Virus record (IMG/VR): IMGVR_UViG_3300044946_000220
Span: 1-64,000 of that record
Direction: 5' to 3' (one strand)
From: a virus
Length of the DNA stretch: 64,000 bases
In this document: one piece after another, positions 28,241 through 39,152 of the stretch
Layout of the letters: every line of letters begins with the position of its first letter
Numbering within the stretch: position 1 is the first letter of the stretch
The notes under the pieces: generated by a model
What the model saw: only the letters and a program-made list of their open reading frames with translations
Databases searched by the model: none
Told to the model about the DNA's origin: nothing
Program-made: the position numbers and the translations under genes

Positions 28241-29044
28241 ATGCTGTTCGCGAAGATAGACGTCTGCTTCTGGCGCCACCCGAAGTTCATTGAGGCAGGT
28301 CTGGAAGCGTGTGGATATTGGGCAGGTTGCCTTACATGGCTGAGGGAAAACGACTCACCTGACGGGATCGTTCCGGACAGCTTGCTGGGTCATATTTTGG
28401 ACGTTGGGAGCAAAAAAGCTTCCCAGATTTGCACCAAGTTGGTCGTCGTGGGCCTATTTGAGAGGGAGGCAAACGGGTACCATCTTCTCCGCTACGAGGA
28501 CAAGAACGAGACTAAGGAAGAGATTGAAGCTCGCAAGGAAAGGTCCCGAGAACGTTCGTCAAAGTGGCGCGCCGCCAAGGCGATTTCAGTTCCGCCACCA
28601 GCGGACGGTGACGCGTCACTCACACGTTCGTCACAAGTCAGTGGTGACGCGTACGTACCTGACTCTGGTTCTGGTTCTGGTTCTGATAGAGAGATCCAGA
28701 AAGAGGTAGGTGTGGCAGAAGGTACGCTCTTTTCCTTTGACGAATCTCGTCTCCCCCTCACCGAGGAGCGAAAGGCCATCGGGACGGCCAACACAACCGT
28801 GCAGGAAATTGACGCGACGTGGCAAAAGTTTACGCTCATGGCAGTTGAGAAAAACTGGCGTTTCGATTCCCGGGGCTGGGATGCCCGCTGGCAGCGTTTC
28901 TGTCTGGACGAGGCAAAGTACCAGCGGGTCGCTCGGGAACGCGCTGCTGGGTGGCAAGGCGGCTCTGGAAACGGGTCCTTGGAGGCTGCCCGAAGTCCAA
29001 GCCGGAAGAAGCTGGCTCCGCTACAGCGTCCGGCGCAGGAATAG
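28241..29044 (+). CDS. Phage replication initiator protein
   Basis: FAKIDVCFWRHPKF..DGIVP..LVVVGLFE wHTH-like N-terminus, DSGSGSGSD linker, directly upstream of DnaB. Confidence 0.7.
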   Translation: MLFAKIDVCFWRHPKFIEAGLEACGYWAGCLTWLRENDSPDGIVPDSLLGHILDVGSKKASQICTKLVVVGLFEREANGYHLLRYEDKNETKEEIEARKERSRERSSKWRAAKAISVPPPADGDASLTRSSQVSGDAYVPDSGSGSGSDREIQKEVGVAEGTLFSFDESRLPLTEERKAIGTANTTVQEIDATWQKFTLMAVEKNWRFDSRGWDARWQRFCLDEAKYQRVARERAAGWQGGSGNGSLEAARSPSRKKLAPLQRPAQE

Positions 29045-29047
29045 ACA

Positions 29048-30400
29048 ATGTCTGACAATGTGTATGAATGTAGGGTGCCGCCTCACGACCTTGAGGCGGA
29101 GGGCGCCATACTTAGCGCGGTGATGATCGACCCAGACGCCTTCCCAAAGGTGTCACCGATTCTCAAGCCGGAGCATTTCTACTCCGAAGCGCATCGCCGG
29201 ATATACGAAGCTTGCGAGTCCCTGTCGGAGGGCGGCAAGCCTATCGATGTGGTTCAGGTGGCCACGTGGCTGAAGGGGCATGACAGGATCGGGCAAATCG
29301 GAGGCATGGCCTATCTGACTGAGGTGCTGAACACGGCACCTGCTGTGGCTAACGTGGTTTCCTATGCCGAGATAGTGGCCAGTAAGGCTCGCGTACGCAA
29401 GCTTGTGCAGATTTGCCAGCGCATTACGTCAGAAGGCTACCAGCCTATGGAGGACGAGGACGCCTTTATTGACAGAGCCGAGACGGCCGTGCATCAGGTG
29501 TCGGCTGACAAGCGCAGACTCAGCGTTGAGACTATGCGCAGTGCGCTGCAGAAGGTTTTCAAACAGATTCAGGAGTCTGACCAGCGTCGCGAGCAAAAGT
29601 ATTCTGGCACACCAACCGGGCTCACCGTATTGGACGATCATATAGGCGGCCTTCACGCTGGCGAACAAACTGTCATTGCCGCGCGACCTGGCATAGGCAA
29701 GAGCGCGCTCATGATGAGCATTGCCTCCAAGGTGGCGGATCAGGATCTCGGTGTAATTGTATTTTCGCTGGAAATGCCAAGCGAGCAGTTGGCGATTCGC
29801 GCACTATGCTCCGCCGCCAACGTAGACGTACGCAAGGCTCGCGTGGGGGCGTTCGACGCCGGAGACCTCCGCGCAATCACCGATGCCATTGGGCCAGCAA
29901 TACGGCCAGAACACTACTACCTAGTGGAAACGCCATGCACGCTCATGGACGTCCGAGGCATTGTGCGTGCGCGCCAAGCGGACATGGCCCGCACTGGAAC
30001 GAAGCTGGGCCTGGTGGCCGTTGACTACGCACAGCTCATGGACGCCCGCGAAGGCGTCAAAAACCGCGAAGAGGCGGTTGCCATCAACGCTCGCGGGCTC
30101 AAGATGCTTGCCAAGGAGGTCGGGGCTGCCGTAGTATTGCTGAGCCAGTTGAACCGAGGCGTAGAATCTCGCGCGGATAAGAGACCAATGCTGTCTGACT
30201 TGCGCGAGTCTGGGGCCATTGAGGAGGCGGCGGATTGCGTCATCGGAATGTATCGCGACGACTACTACTACGAGGACAGCAAGACGCCTGGCATCGTGGA
30301 ACTTATCCTGCTGAAGCATCGCCACGGCCCAACGGGCACCATTGAGGTTGGATTCCGCGCACAGTCAACAAGTTTTTACAACATCGAATCTACATACTAA
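29048..30400 (+). CDS. dnaB: Replicative DNA helicase
   Basis: PPHDLEAE, AARPGIGKS, FSLEM, VDYAQL, LSQLNR, RPMLSDLRESGAIEEAAD, KHRHGP. Confidence 0.97.
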   Translation: MSDNVYECRVPPHDLEAEGAILSAVMIDPDAFPKVSPILKPEHFYSEAHRRIYEACESLSEGGKPIDVVQVATWLKGHDRIGQIGGMAYLTEVLNTAPAVANVVSYAEIVASKARVRKLVQICQRITSEGYQPMEDEDAFIDRAETAVHQVSADKRRLSVETMRSALQKVFKQIQESDQRREQKYSGTPTGLTVLDDHIGGLHAGEQTVIAARPGIGKSALMMSIASKVADQDLGVIVFSLEMPSEQLAIRALCSAANVDVRKARVGAFDAGDLRAITDAIGPAIRPEHYYLVETPCTLMDVRGIVRARQADMARTGTKLGLVAVDYAQLMDAREGVKNREEAVAINARGLKMLAKEVGAAVVLLSQLNRGVESRADKRPMLSDLRESGAIEEAADCVIGMYRDDYYYEDSKTPGIVELILLKHRHGPTGTIEVGFRAQSTSFYNIESTY

Positions 30401-30413
30401 CTAGGAGAGTCTA

Positions 30414-30683
30414 ATGTCGGAACGCGAGCACATCTGGTTGCTGTGGGAGGACTTCCTGACCCTGTCGGCCGAGTCTCCGGCGACCGCAAAAGACTCAATC
30501 GACGGTATCTATGGATGGGGCTTAGCGTCCGCGGTGATCCCGTGCAAAGGAAAGAACTGGCGCGTGAACTTCCAGACACATAGGCAGTATGGTTGGAAGC
30601 CGTTGACCGGCAACGGGAAGGTCAAGGGATTTGAGGTCCACAAAGTATCGCGCACCGTGGAAGTTTGGGAGGAAGTGGGATGA
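30414..30683 (+). CDS. Hypothetical protein
   Basis: 89-aa ORF with AGGAG RBS. Confidence 0.55.
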   Translation: MSEREHIWLLWEDFLTLSAESPATAKDSIDGIYGWGLASAVIPCKGKNWRVNFQTHRQYGWKPLTGNGKVKGFEVHKVSRTVEVWEEVG

Positions 30684-31579
30684 GCGATTGGATAGGCGGT
30701 GGCATGTCGGTCGAGGTTATGTCTCTGCGGCGCGAAGTAGTCGCCGCTAATGAGCGCGCGGTGCGGCTTGACCATGCGCTGGCGGAACGCGAGCGTCAGG
30801 TGAGCGCGCTGAACGCGAAGGTTGTGGACATGCACACTCAGCTGGAGAAGCTGAACCGACTCAAGTCTGCCTGGTGTGAGAAGGAGATCAACGAGCGCAA
30901 GATATGCGCGGAAATGGTGTTGGCATACAACCGCGCTAACGAAGATCTGGCGTTCCAGATGAAGCGCGCCGAGACCGCCGAAGCTATCAACGAGTCCGTG
31001 CGCAAGTTTTGGACTTCGGTCTGCGACGTCGACTTTGACAAGGCGCAGCACTTCCTGCGTACCGGCGAGGGGCCGGACCCGTTCAACGTGGAGCGGGACG
31101 CGGCGGTTGCGCGGGCGCAGAAGGCGGAGGCGGCGCTGGACGAGATGGTGCGGCAGCGAGGCGAGGCGGGCAGGATTCTCAACGCGCGGGAAGTGGACAA
31201 GCTCAGGCGAGACAATGAGGAGCTTGCGTCTATGCTTGAGACGGAGCAAAAACGTCCGCTGTATGAGCGCGATCGTGCCGAGAAGGCCGAGGCCGAGGTG
31301 GCGCAGTTGCGTGACATTCTCAAGATGGACAAGCCAATGTTCTACGTCCCGCATCCTGAGGTTGTGCATCCGGCCTACGCCTGCGAGTACAGCGAGGAGG
31401 AGATCGCCAACAGGGCCCTCGACCTGGCCGTGACGGACCTGGAGTCGCTGCGCAACAAGATCGGCGCTGTCTCCGACTTCCTGCTTTCCCCGTACGATGG
31501 CGTCTCAGACGGTCCGCTGGAATGGCGGACACTGGAGGCCGGCCGCATGTTGGGCAAACTTCTGAAAGGTGGAGATTGA
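30680..31579 (+). CDS. Coiled-coil hypothetical protein
   Basis: Repeated RAE(K/T)AEA heptads. Confidence 0.65.
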   Translation: MSDWIGGGMSVEVMSLRREVVAANERAVRLDHALAERERQVSALNAKVVDMHTQLEKLNRLKSAWCEKEINERKICAEMVLAYNRANEDLAFQMKRAETAEAINESVRKFWTSVCDVDFDKAQHFLRTGEGPDPFNVERDAAVARAQKAEAALDEMVRQRGEAGRILNAREVDKLRRDNEELASMLETEQKRPLYERDRAEKAEAEVAQLRDILKMDKPMFYVPHPEVVHPAYACEYSEEEIANRALDLAVTDLESLRNKIGAVSDFLLSPYDGVSDGPLEWRTLEAGRMLGKLLKGGD

Positions 31580-32595
31580 CAATGACCGAATCAATCGACG
31601 TAACGAAGTGGTTTGGCAAGACGATCAAGGCGATCGTGTTGGACAAGCCGTTTGCGAAGCATGAGGTGGAAGTTGGCGATCCAAATAACGCTCTTCGCAT
31701 TGAGTCGTCAGATTCGCACGATTGGAAGCTATTGCGAACATGTCGGACTTGATCTTGCCCACGTGTATTGCGAACTTGCAAGCCGATACTCACTGTTGCA
31801 AAAGCGGCGTGGAGTACTGAAGCTTTATGATGGAATAAAGCAGCAACACGCGGATGTGATCGTCGTAGAGGCCGAGGATAGGATTGGCGAAGGCGAACTA
31901 TTCAGATTCGTGGACAGCGTGCGCCCACTGAGTGTTGCTTTCGCGTATGACCACGATCTGCCAGAACGTATTCGAGAGGCGGCAACGCCATGCACGCTTG
32001 TCGGGCCACCGGCCTGGCGGCGTCGCCAACGCAAGGCAATAGGTCTTGGGGTCTCGTCGCGAAACAGCGCGTTTTGCTGACCTTCGACAACGCGGGTTAG
32101 CGAAGGCTAGGGAGTCAGGGACGATGACCAATCAAGACAAGTCCATAGCGTTTCTGCGATCGCTTCACGCTGGCGACGTAGGCGTTACCATCTACCAAGA
32201 CGTCATAACCGACGTTCTGTGTAGGCTGAATCAGCTGCAGGACGTCGTGAGGCAGGCCGACAAAATGGCCGAGGCGGTGCTCATCGGTGCCGGCGCTAGG
32301 GAGAACATGCACGCTGCGCGTGAAGCCTATGAGAGTTCTCGCAACGCAATAGACGGGAGTATGAGCGCATGAACAAGTCCGAGTTGCGCGCTCGGCTGGA
32401 CGAGCTGGATGCGGAGCGAAGAGAGGTGAGTGAGCGTCTGGCTTTGCTCAACGAGATGGAAGATAATGCCGCATTCATGACTTCCAAGATACGCACGGCG
32501 AGTTGTACATGGTTTAGCCCGTACGAGTGGGGAAATCAAAATATGTGCCGTTACTGTGGCGACGGAATATCGGTGCACAAACTGAGAGGTGTTGT

Positions 32596-32880
32596 ATGAC
32601 AGCCAAGAAGACGAAGAAGCCGGCAGAGTACGAGCCGGACTTGAGCAATCCGGACGAGGCCTTCTACGAGGGCTACTGTCTGGCGCGCCAACAGATTGCT
32701 GACGCCACGGCACAGTGGGCTGCTTCGTGGGGCGTGGTGCGTAGCATGGAGGCTACCACCGTGGCACGCGTGCTGAGCGAATTGGCCGCCTCTATTCGAT
32801 ATGGCGTGTCGCCGGAGTGCCCAGGAAAAACGCCAGTGAAGGCCCCTCCCGCCAAACGCAAAAAGGCCGTTCGCAAGTAG
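32596..32880 (+). CDS. Hypothetical protein, last gene of the rightward operon
   Basis: GAGGT RBS, basic termini. Confidence 0.55.
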   Translation: MTAKKTKKPAEYEPDLSNPDEAFYEGYCLARQQIADATAQWAASWGVVRSMEATTVARVLSELAASIRYGVSPECPGKTPVKAPPAKRKKAVRK

Positions 32881-33101
32881 GGCCCAGAGATTTTGACATT
32901 CCCCACGGCGCAACGTCGTTTGAAAGGGCGCGTTTTCCGGAGCACTATTTCCTACGACTTTTCTGGCGGCGGGCCGAGTGATTTCCGGAATTCGCTCCCA
33001 AGGTGAGCATTTTCCAGTAACCCAATTTTGCTACAGGCGTACGATCGCGGGCCTCTACCACTGGCGTGGGCGGCGCCGTTATTTTTACGCGGTGCGCCGT
33101 T

Positions 33102-33148
33102 TGCACGTTACGTGCCAGGCGAATATATGCAGTTTATGTGCCAGGCGA
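33102..33148 (-). promoter_or_regulatory. Tandem sigma54-like -24/-12 boxes (26-bp-spaced direct repeat)
   Basis: Minus strand TGGCAC-ataaa-cTGCA (33143-33128) and TGGCAC-gtaac-gTGCA (33117-33102), both GG-N10-GC. Confidence 0.45.
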
Positions 33149-33340
33149 GTAATATCGAGATCTCGATTCACCTAGCTGCCTAGAGACTATTCGCTTCCGT
33201 CCAAGGCTCGAAACCCCAGCTGACCAGGCGCCAGTATTCCACGTGCTCACGTCGAGAGCGGCCGAGTAGGGAGAGTAAGGGCCCGAGCTGGATGAAGGCT
33301 CTAGGCGCCCCGCTGAGCGGCTTTGGGGGAGGCATAGGGG

Positions 33341-36300
33341 TTAGCCTTCCCTGCCCACGATGAGCGCGCAGAAGGCGTGCCTGCACGGCACGGGACAGCC
33401 GCCAGCCGGGGGCGCAAGACTGTCCTTCCGGTACTCCAGCGCTAGGCAATACTCCGCCAGCGTCATGGATCCGCTGTACTCGAAGCCATGCTCGTGTGCG
33501 ATAGACTGTAGGCGGCGCTCGATTCGGTTCATGGTGTGGGCTTGTCCTCTATCGCTTGCGCGATGCTTGCGATCATGTCTCTCGCCTCGATCGTGGAACA
33601 CTCGCAATCGCGCAAGTGCCGACCGATCTTGTACCATTGCCAATCGGGCCCTAGCGAACCGTTACCAACGGGCCAAGCGCCAGCAATGCGCGCGGCATCG
33701 ATAAACACCTGAGCCTGCCCCTCGTCGTCTAGCTCGCAAAAGGCCTCCGCTACCTCGGCTGGCGTCAGCTTGCGATCTACTGTTAGGAGCATGTGACGTT
33801 GTCCTCCAATGCAATGGCTGTCCTGCACGCTTCACACGAGGGCACACCGTCCGCACGGCGCGGCACGCCTTCGTCATAGTCGGACTGGGGGATTAGCGCG
33901 TCGCAATGGTAGCACTGCGCTACGCATGGGCACTGCTGGCCCGTGTAACCGAAGCCGACGATCTTGCCCGTGCCAAGGCAGGAGTAGCAGTCGGCGTAGG
34001 CGAAGGGTGATAGCTCGCGAGTCATGAGCCGACAAGCTTCGCAACGGTTGCCTTATTCTTTGCCGCAGAGGCGCGGCACCACTCTACTGCGCCTTCCGGA
34101 TGATCATTAGGGTCGCCAGTATCGTAAAAGCGTCCACTGGAAAGCTGCACGCTTACATCAGGATTAGGCGACACGCGAGCCCACGCAATAGCACCGGAGC
34201 GCACGATCGCATAGCGATCTTCGCGGTCGCTGGACGGCGCGGGCTCGGCCCATTCAATGAAGCCAGAGATCTTGGCGCTCATAGCGTCCCAGTCAGCCCA
34301 ACGTGTTTGGGTATTCATCTCGTTTACCTCGGCACGCGTCACCAGTAGGCGCGCATGCCGCGGGAAGCGAAAGGACTAGCGCACGCCTAGCTTGAGCATC
34401 AATTCTTTCGCTGACGTATGTGGGGAGCGAAACAGGGCCGAGCTAATATCGCCTCGCGCGTACTCGGCTGCAGTGCTTCCGATTGCGTTGACTGGACGGT
34501 CCAAGCGATCCGCCAGCAATGCCGCGTCGCGCCTGCACGCTTCGGCGTAGCGCCGCGCTTGCGCCCGAATGCGCTCAGGGTACTTTGCGCCGTTGAACGA
34601 TTCGAGCGGCTGAGCGGCCCCATACTGTACGCAGGCCTCGACGGTGGCCAGCTCGTGGCAGTCGGCCGGAAGATCGTTCAGATCCATGCCTACACACTTG
34701 CGTGCCGATTCGATCTGCTCTTTCGACATATCGGACAAGTCGACACGTTGCACTTCGCAATTGAAAGGACAATCGGAAGCCTCATCGCCACACGCATCTA
34801 CCATGTTCGTCCATCGGACGATATACCAAGACCCATCCTTAGCCTTGCGACCCCACATGCCGTGGTGGTCAATCCAATTGACGTCAGAGCAAAGCTCGGT
34901 CCATCCACGCATGCTTGACTTGCTCATGACTGCGCCTCATCCCCTTCGCCTTCCGAATTGCCATCCGCGTCTACATCGTACATCTCTCGCACACTGAGCA
35001 ATGCGGCTTCCCGCGTTTCGTGCGGCCCGTCCCATTCGGTGCAGTCCATGTAACCTGGGGCGGAGAGGCGAGCGAAGTAGCCTGTAACTTTCTCGACAGA
35101 GTCAATCTTCGTACCCTCGCAATACTGTTCCAGCTCGCTCAGGTTCGCGCAAGATTCTGCGATGCTGCCATCGTCCTCTACGTCAAGCTCCCCAATGAGC
35201 GCGGTAGGCACGATCTCCGAGCCGCAATTAGTCTCTACGCGGTACGCAGAAAACTGCTGGACGTCTAGCTTCATGAATGCCATAGCTACACCCCTTCCCT
35301 TCGGACATTGCCATTCTCGTCGCAGTATCGGTACTCCCGCTCGCAACCCAACGCCTCCCCGTACTCCTTCGCGAACGCCAATTGCTCTGGCGTGTAGGAG
35401 GCGAAGTACTCGTCGTCCGTATCGCCGGGCTGCATGGCGACGAGCGACATTACCAGCTCTTTCGCGTCAATGCCGTCCGTAGAGGTGCCAGCAGGGACAG
35501 CGCAGTAGGTGGCGCCGCGGGGAAAGATGACCTTGCCACCCATGCGCACTTCGACGTCGATGCGGGAGTGCGTGCAAGAAAAGTTGGGCCCGTCGAAGGC
35601 GTGGATGATGATGGTCGGGCGGTCGGTGCGGACGCGCACGCGCAGTGTGAACAGGTGCGAGAGATCGTGGCCGCAGTAGTCGGGGGAGCCGGGTTTAGAG
35701 CGCATGTTACTTGCCTCCCTTCGAAGCGAGCGAAGCCAGGCCGTCGACGATGACGCGCCCGACGTTTGCGGCATCGAGATCGGCCCCGAGATCAACGAAA
35801 TAGAGGGAGATCCGGTTTGGGTACTCTTGCCCTCCGCTAGCCCACACGATCGGGCTTTCCAGCTGTACTGCGGCTCCGTTCTCTTCGGCGGCGTGAATGG
35901 AGTGCAAGTCGTTCGCTGGCGTGAACTTGGCGCGCTCGTATCGGAACCCTCCCTGGAATTCGACGCGCTTGGCGCTGTATGTGCCGATACCGCGATGATT
36001 CCACATTGGGCCCATCACAACGGTAACGCGCACCACACCAATGCCCTCTACCCGCGCGTTCCACTCAAGAGAGAGTGTCGGGCCCTGAAAGCCTTCAATA
36101 TGGGCGAGAACGGGAGAACACGGGACCTCCTCATTCCATCGCGCCTTACGTCCCTCCGGCAGGCTTTCCACGTGCTCAGTCGTGCGGAAGGACAGACACC
36201 CGTCTCGCACCATGGTCAAGCCCACGGGCGGGAGAGCGCGCACAAGCCGCTTAGCGTCATCCCACGTGCACGGCTTGCCTCCGAATGTGTCGCCATACTT

Positions 36301-38156
36301 CACGCTGGCCACGGTTCCGTAAAGCGAATGGACGTGGATGCGGCCACCATCCGGAATGATGCTAGCGATCTTGTCCTCCGCTTCCGACTCTGCCAGCTTG
36401 CGATCGTAATCTGCCTTGATCTGCTCTGCCTTGCTTGCCATGGCGTCCTCTCCAGTATCTGCGACGGTCCCGCCGTTGCCCGGTGTCTCGCAAGTCAAAC
36501 AATAGAGCGTAAGGTTCCCTCTGTCAACCGGTGCACGTCACTTTTTCTTCGTGTCGTCCAACAAGGCAGCGACGCGACACCAGAAATGCCTCACGTGCTC
36601 GTGGTCGGAGCGGAAGTACGCTGCCCTACGCAGGGCCACTAGGCGGGCCGCTGAGCGGCTTCCGTGTTCCTTGGTAAGGCAGGCTGCCCAGTCGCGGGCG
36701 GAGCGTCTAGGCTGGCCTGGCGGGTCTGCAAGGCGTAGTTCGTCGCGGAGGGAGGTCATGCTACCTGAATCCCGCGCTTGGCTGCCTCGGCGCGTGCTGC
36801 GAATAGCTCCTCAGTGTTTGGCACGTTCCATGCGCGTTGTGCGAAGGCCCGCAAGTCTCCATCGTCAAGGCGAGCGCAGTAACTGGCGTTTGACTCGTTT
36901 AGTCCGCGGTAGCGGTTGTTTGCATTCATAGCCTTACTCCCTCTCTTCGGTGCAGCGTACCCAAGGCCCCGCACCGTCCGTCCCACGTGTCTCGAAACCG
37001 ACGTCACATGCGGGCGCTTCGATGTAGGCGCCTGCGTTGACCGTGTGTGCGCTTCCGTAGAGGTGCAGGGGGAACAGGAGCACCAGCAGGAAAGCGGCGG
37101 CAAGGGCCAGGCAGGTGGTGCGGCTCATGGGAGCACGCTAACGCGGTACACGTACCCGCCGACGTCCAGCCACGCTTTCGCGTTCGCTAGCGCCGCATGT
37201 GTGTAAACGTCAAAGGCGCGCATGCCGAACGTAGGCTCGTAGTAACTCACCTTCCATCCGTCTATAGACAAGCGCTGGCGCGGCTTGCTCGGCGGCGCGG
37301 GTGTGAAGCGGCTCATGGCTGGCACCCCTTGTCTTTCGTGTAGTCGGGATATTCGCGCACCTCATAGCTAGAGCCTGCCCCTAGCTTATCCTTTGCCCAA
37401 GCGTGCGCATCGGCTTCGGTAGGGAAGGCGCCACGCGAGATAGGCGAGAAAGCCTTCTCGCTAGGGTGCCATTCGGTGCGGCCCTTGGTAACGAACGGGA
37501 TGATAACGCTGTAGTAGCTCATGGCTGCACCTTGCCGTCCAGCGTGTCTAGGCATTGGAGTGCGCTGCGCCCAAAGTCAATGCGTTCCCTCACGAGGCAG
37601 GAGAAGCACGTTTCGCGCTTTGGCCCGCAATTGCAGCCGGTACGGTGCAGCACTCGGCCATGGTCAAGCGCGGCGTCCAGCAGGTTTAGTGCGTCTGCCA
37701 GCTGTAACCGTAGGGCCGTGACGGTCTCGCGTGTCGCTCGCGTCTTGTTGCTCTCTGAGCGGGTCATGACGGTGCCTTTCGGGGTGGGGTGTTACTTCGC
37801 GTTGCGTGCGTAGCGGATTCGTATCTCTGAAGCCATGGCACGTACCGTAGCGCGCGGCCAAGAGTAGGACCGCGCGTCAAGCTCTAGGTTCCCAAGCGCC
37901 TCGTCAAGGGTAAGACCCTGCAGCGTGGCCATGAAATTGGCGATCTGCGATTCGAGACGGCGCGTGTTGACTGGCGTGCTCACTTTACACCAACTTGCTT
38001 TGCAGCAGCTGTTGCGGCCTTCGCCGTCGTAAACCAGAGGGTCCGATCGCCAATGCGCGCGCCGTACTTGTGCGCCGCGTCATGTTTCGGCATCGCGCCA
38101 CCGAGAACTAGGCCGAACACCAGAAACCCCGTCGTCTTGTCTGCTGCGTTGCTCAT
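33341..38156 (-). other. Leftward cluster of small, probably early ORFs (e.g. 34376-34927, 34924-35283, 35286-35705, 35707-36441, 37980-38156)
   Basis: Coupled ORFs downstream of two consensus promoters; no families recognised. Confidence 0.6.
36499..36527 (-). promoter_or_regulatory. sigma70-type promoter
   Basis: gcaccggTTGACA-17 nt-TATTGT. Confidence 0.75.
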
Positions 38157-38163
38157 GTCCAGC

Positions 38164-38191
38164 AAGATAGCAACGCCACGAAGTCTGTCAA
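38164..38191 (-). promoter_or_regulatory. sigma70-type promoter, leaderless start
   Basis: gcaccggTTGACA-16 nt-TATCTT, ATG 7 nt downstream. Confidence 0.7.
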
Positions 38192-38629
38192 CCGGTGCCA
38201 AGAAAGAAAGTGCAGGCCTGAGCAAAAAGGGCGGGTTGACCTGGCGGTCAAGGGCCCGGGTTAGGCGGGGTCAAACGGATGCTGAATCAACCGATCGGGC
38301 AAGCGCTCCGGATGGTTGAGGCGCACGCGATGCTTGCTCGGTAGCTCGCGCTTTGAATTCCACCAAGCCCAGCCCCATTCAGGCTCGTTTATGATGATGT
38401 CGAAGATCGTAGGGTAGCGGGCCAGTGTAGGCATGTGGGCTAGGGTACCTCCTGCAGGCGGTAGTGGTGCTTGCACAAGCGCGAGCCAGTTGGGTGGGCC
38501 CAATGCGCCGTACGGTGGCAAAAGTCGCACGTCAGTCGGACGATGCGATACCAGCCCACGGGAGGCGTGCACGGCGGTTCGGTAGAGATAGGCATGGTGC
38601 CCCAATGTAACGCGTAGCGTTGTGTGCGT

Positions 38630-39030
38630 CAATTGTGGGGAGGGGGAAACCTTAAGGAAGGGGGTGGGGCGTAAGTGTGTAGGTTGGTAGTCGGTTGCGT
38701 TAGTGTCAGAGTGTTACGGTTTCTGTAACGTTCTGCAGTCGCTGCAACCGATGGGAGTGCGTCAGTGTGGGTGTAGTTGCTGGGGTTGCGCTGTTCACGT
38801 GGGGTGTGTAGAAGGCGATTGTGGCGCAGTGCTTTGGTGTAGGTTTGAGTGAGTCTGTTGTCTAGAAAGCGGGTGTTGCACGTTGTGCGCAACAGTGGGG
38901 TTTTAGGCAACAGTGCGGGTGTGGGTGTTTGGAGCTTTTGGTTTGAGGGCGGTTGACGGTGGGCGCGGCCCCTAGCGGGTGTCTCAAACCCCGGACACTG
39001 AGCGTTCTGAAGTTTCAAAAGAAAGTGAAA
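38630..39030. other. G/T-skewed, likely noncoding tract
   Basis: Plus strand dominated by GT/GGT/GTT runs, unlike the flanking coding DNA. Confidence 0.55.
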
Positions 39031-39152
39031 CATGCTTATTTGTACGCTCCGTTCGTCTCGAGCTATGCTCCGGCCGCGTACTTGGTGCACACTCGAGCGC
39101 CGGCGTCAAGCGCTAGTTGTTTCTAGCTTACGACAAGGCCCGTTGTCGAAGG

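Noticed and set aside
38629-39090. 153-aa Thr/Pro/His-rich ORF
   Set aside because: Composition follows from the G/T skew; no RBS or motif support.
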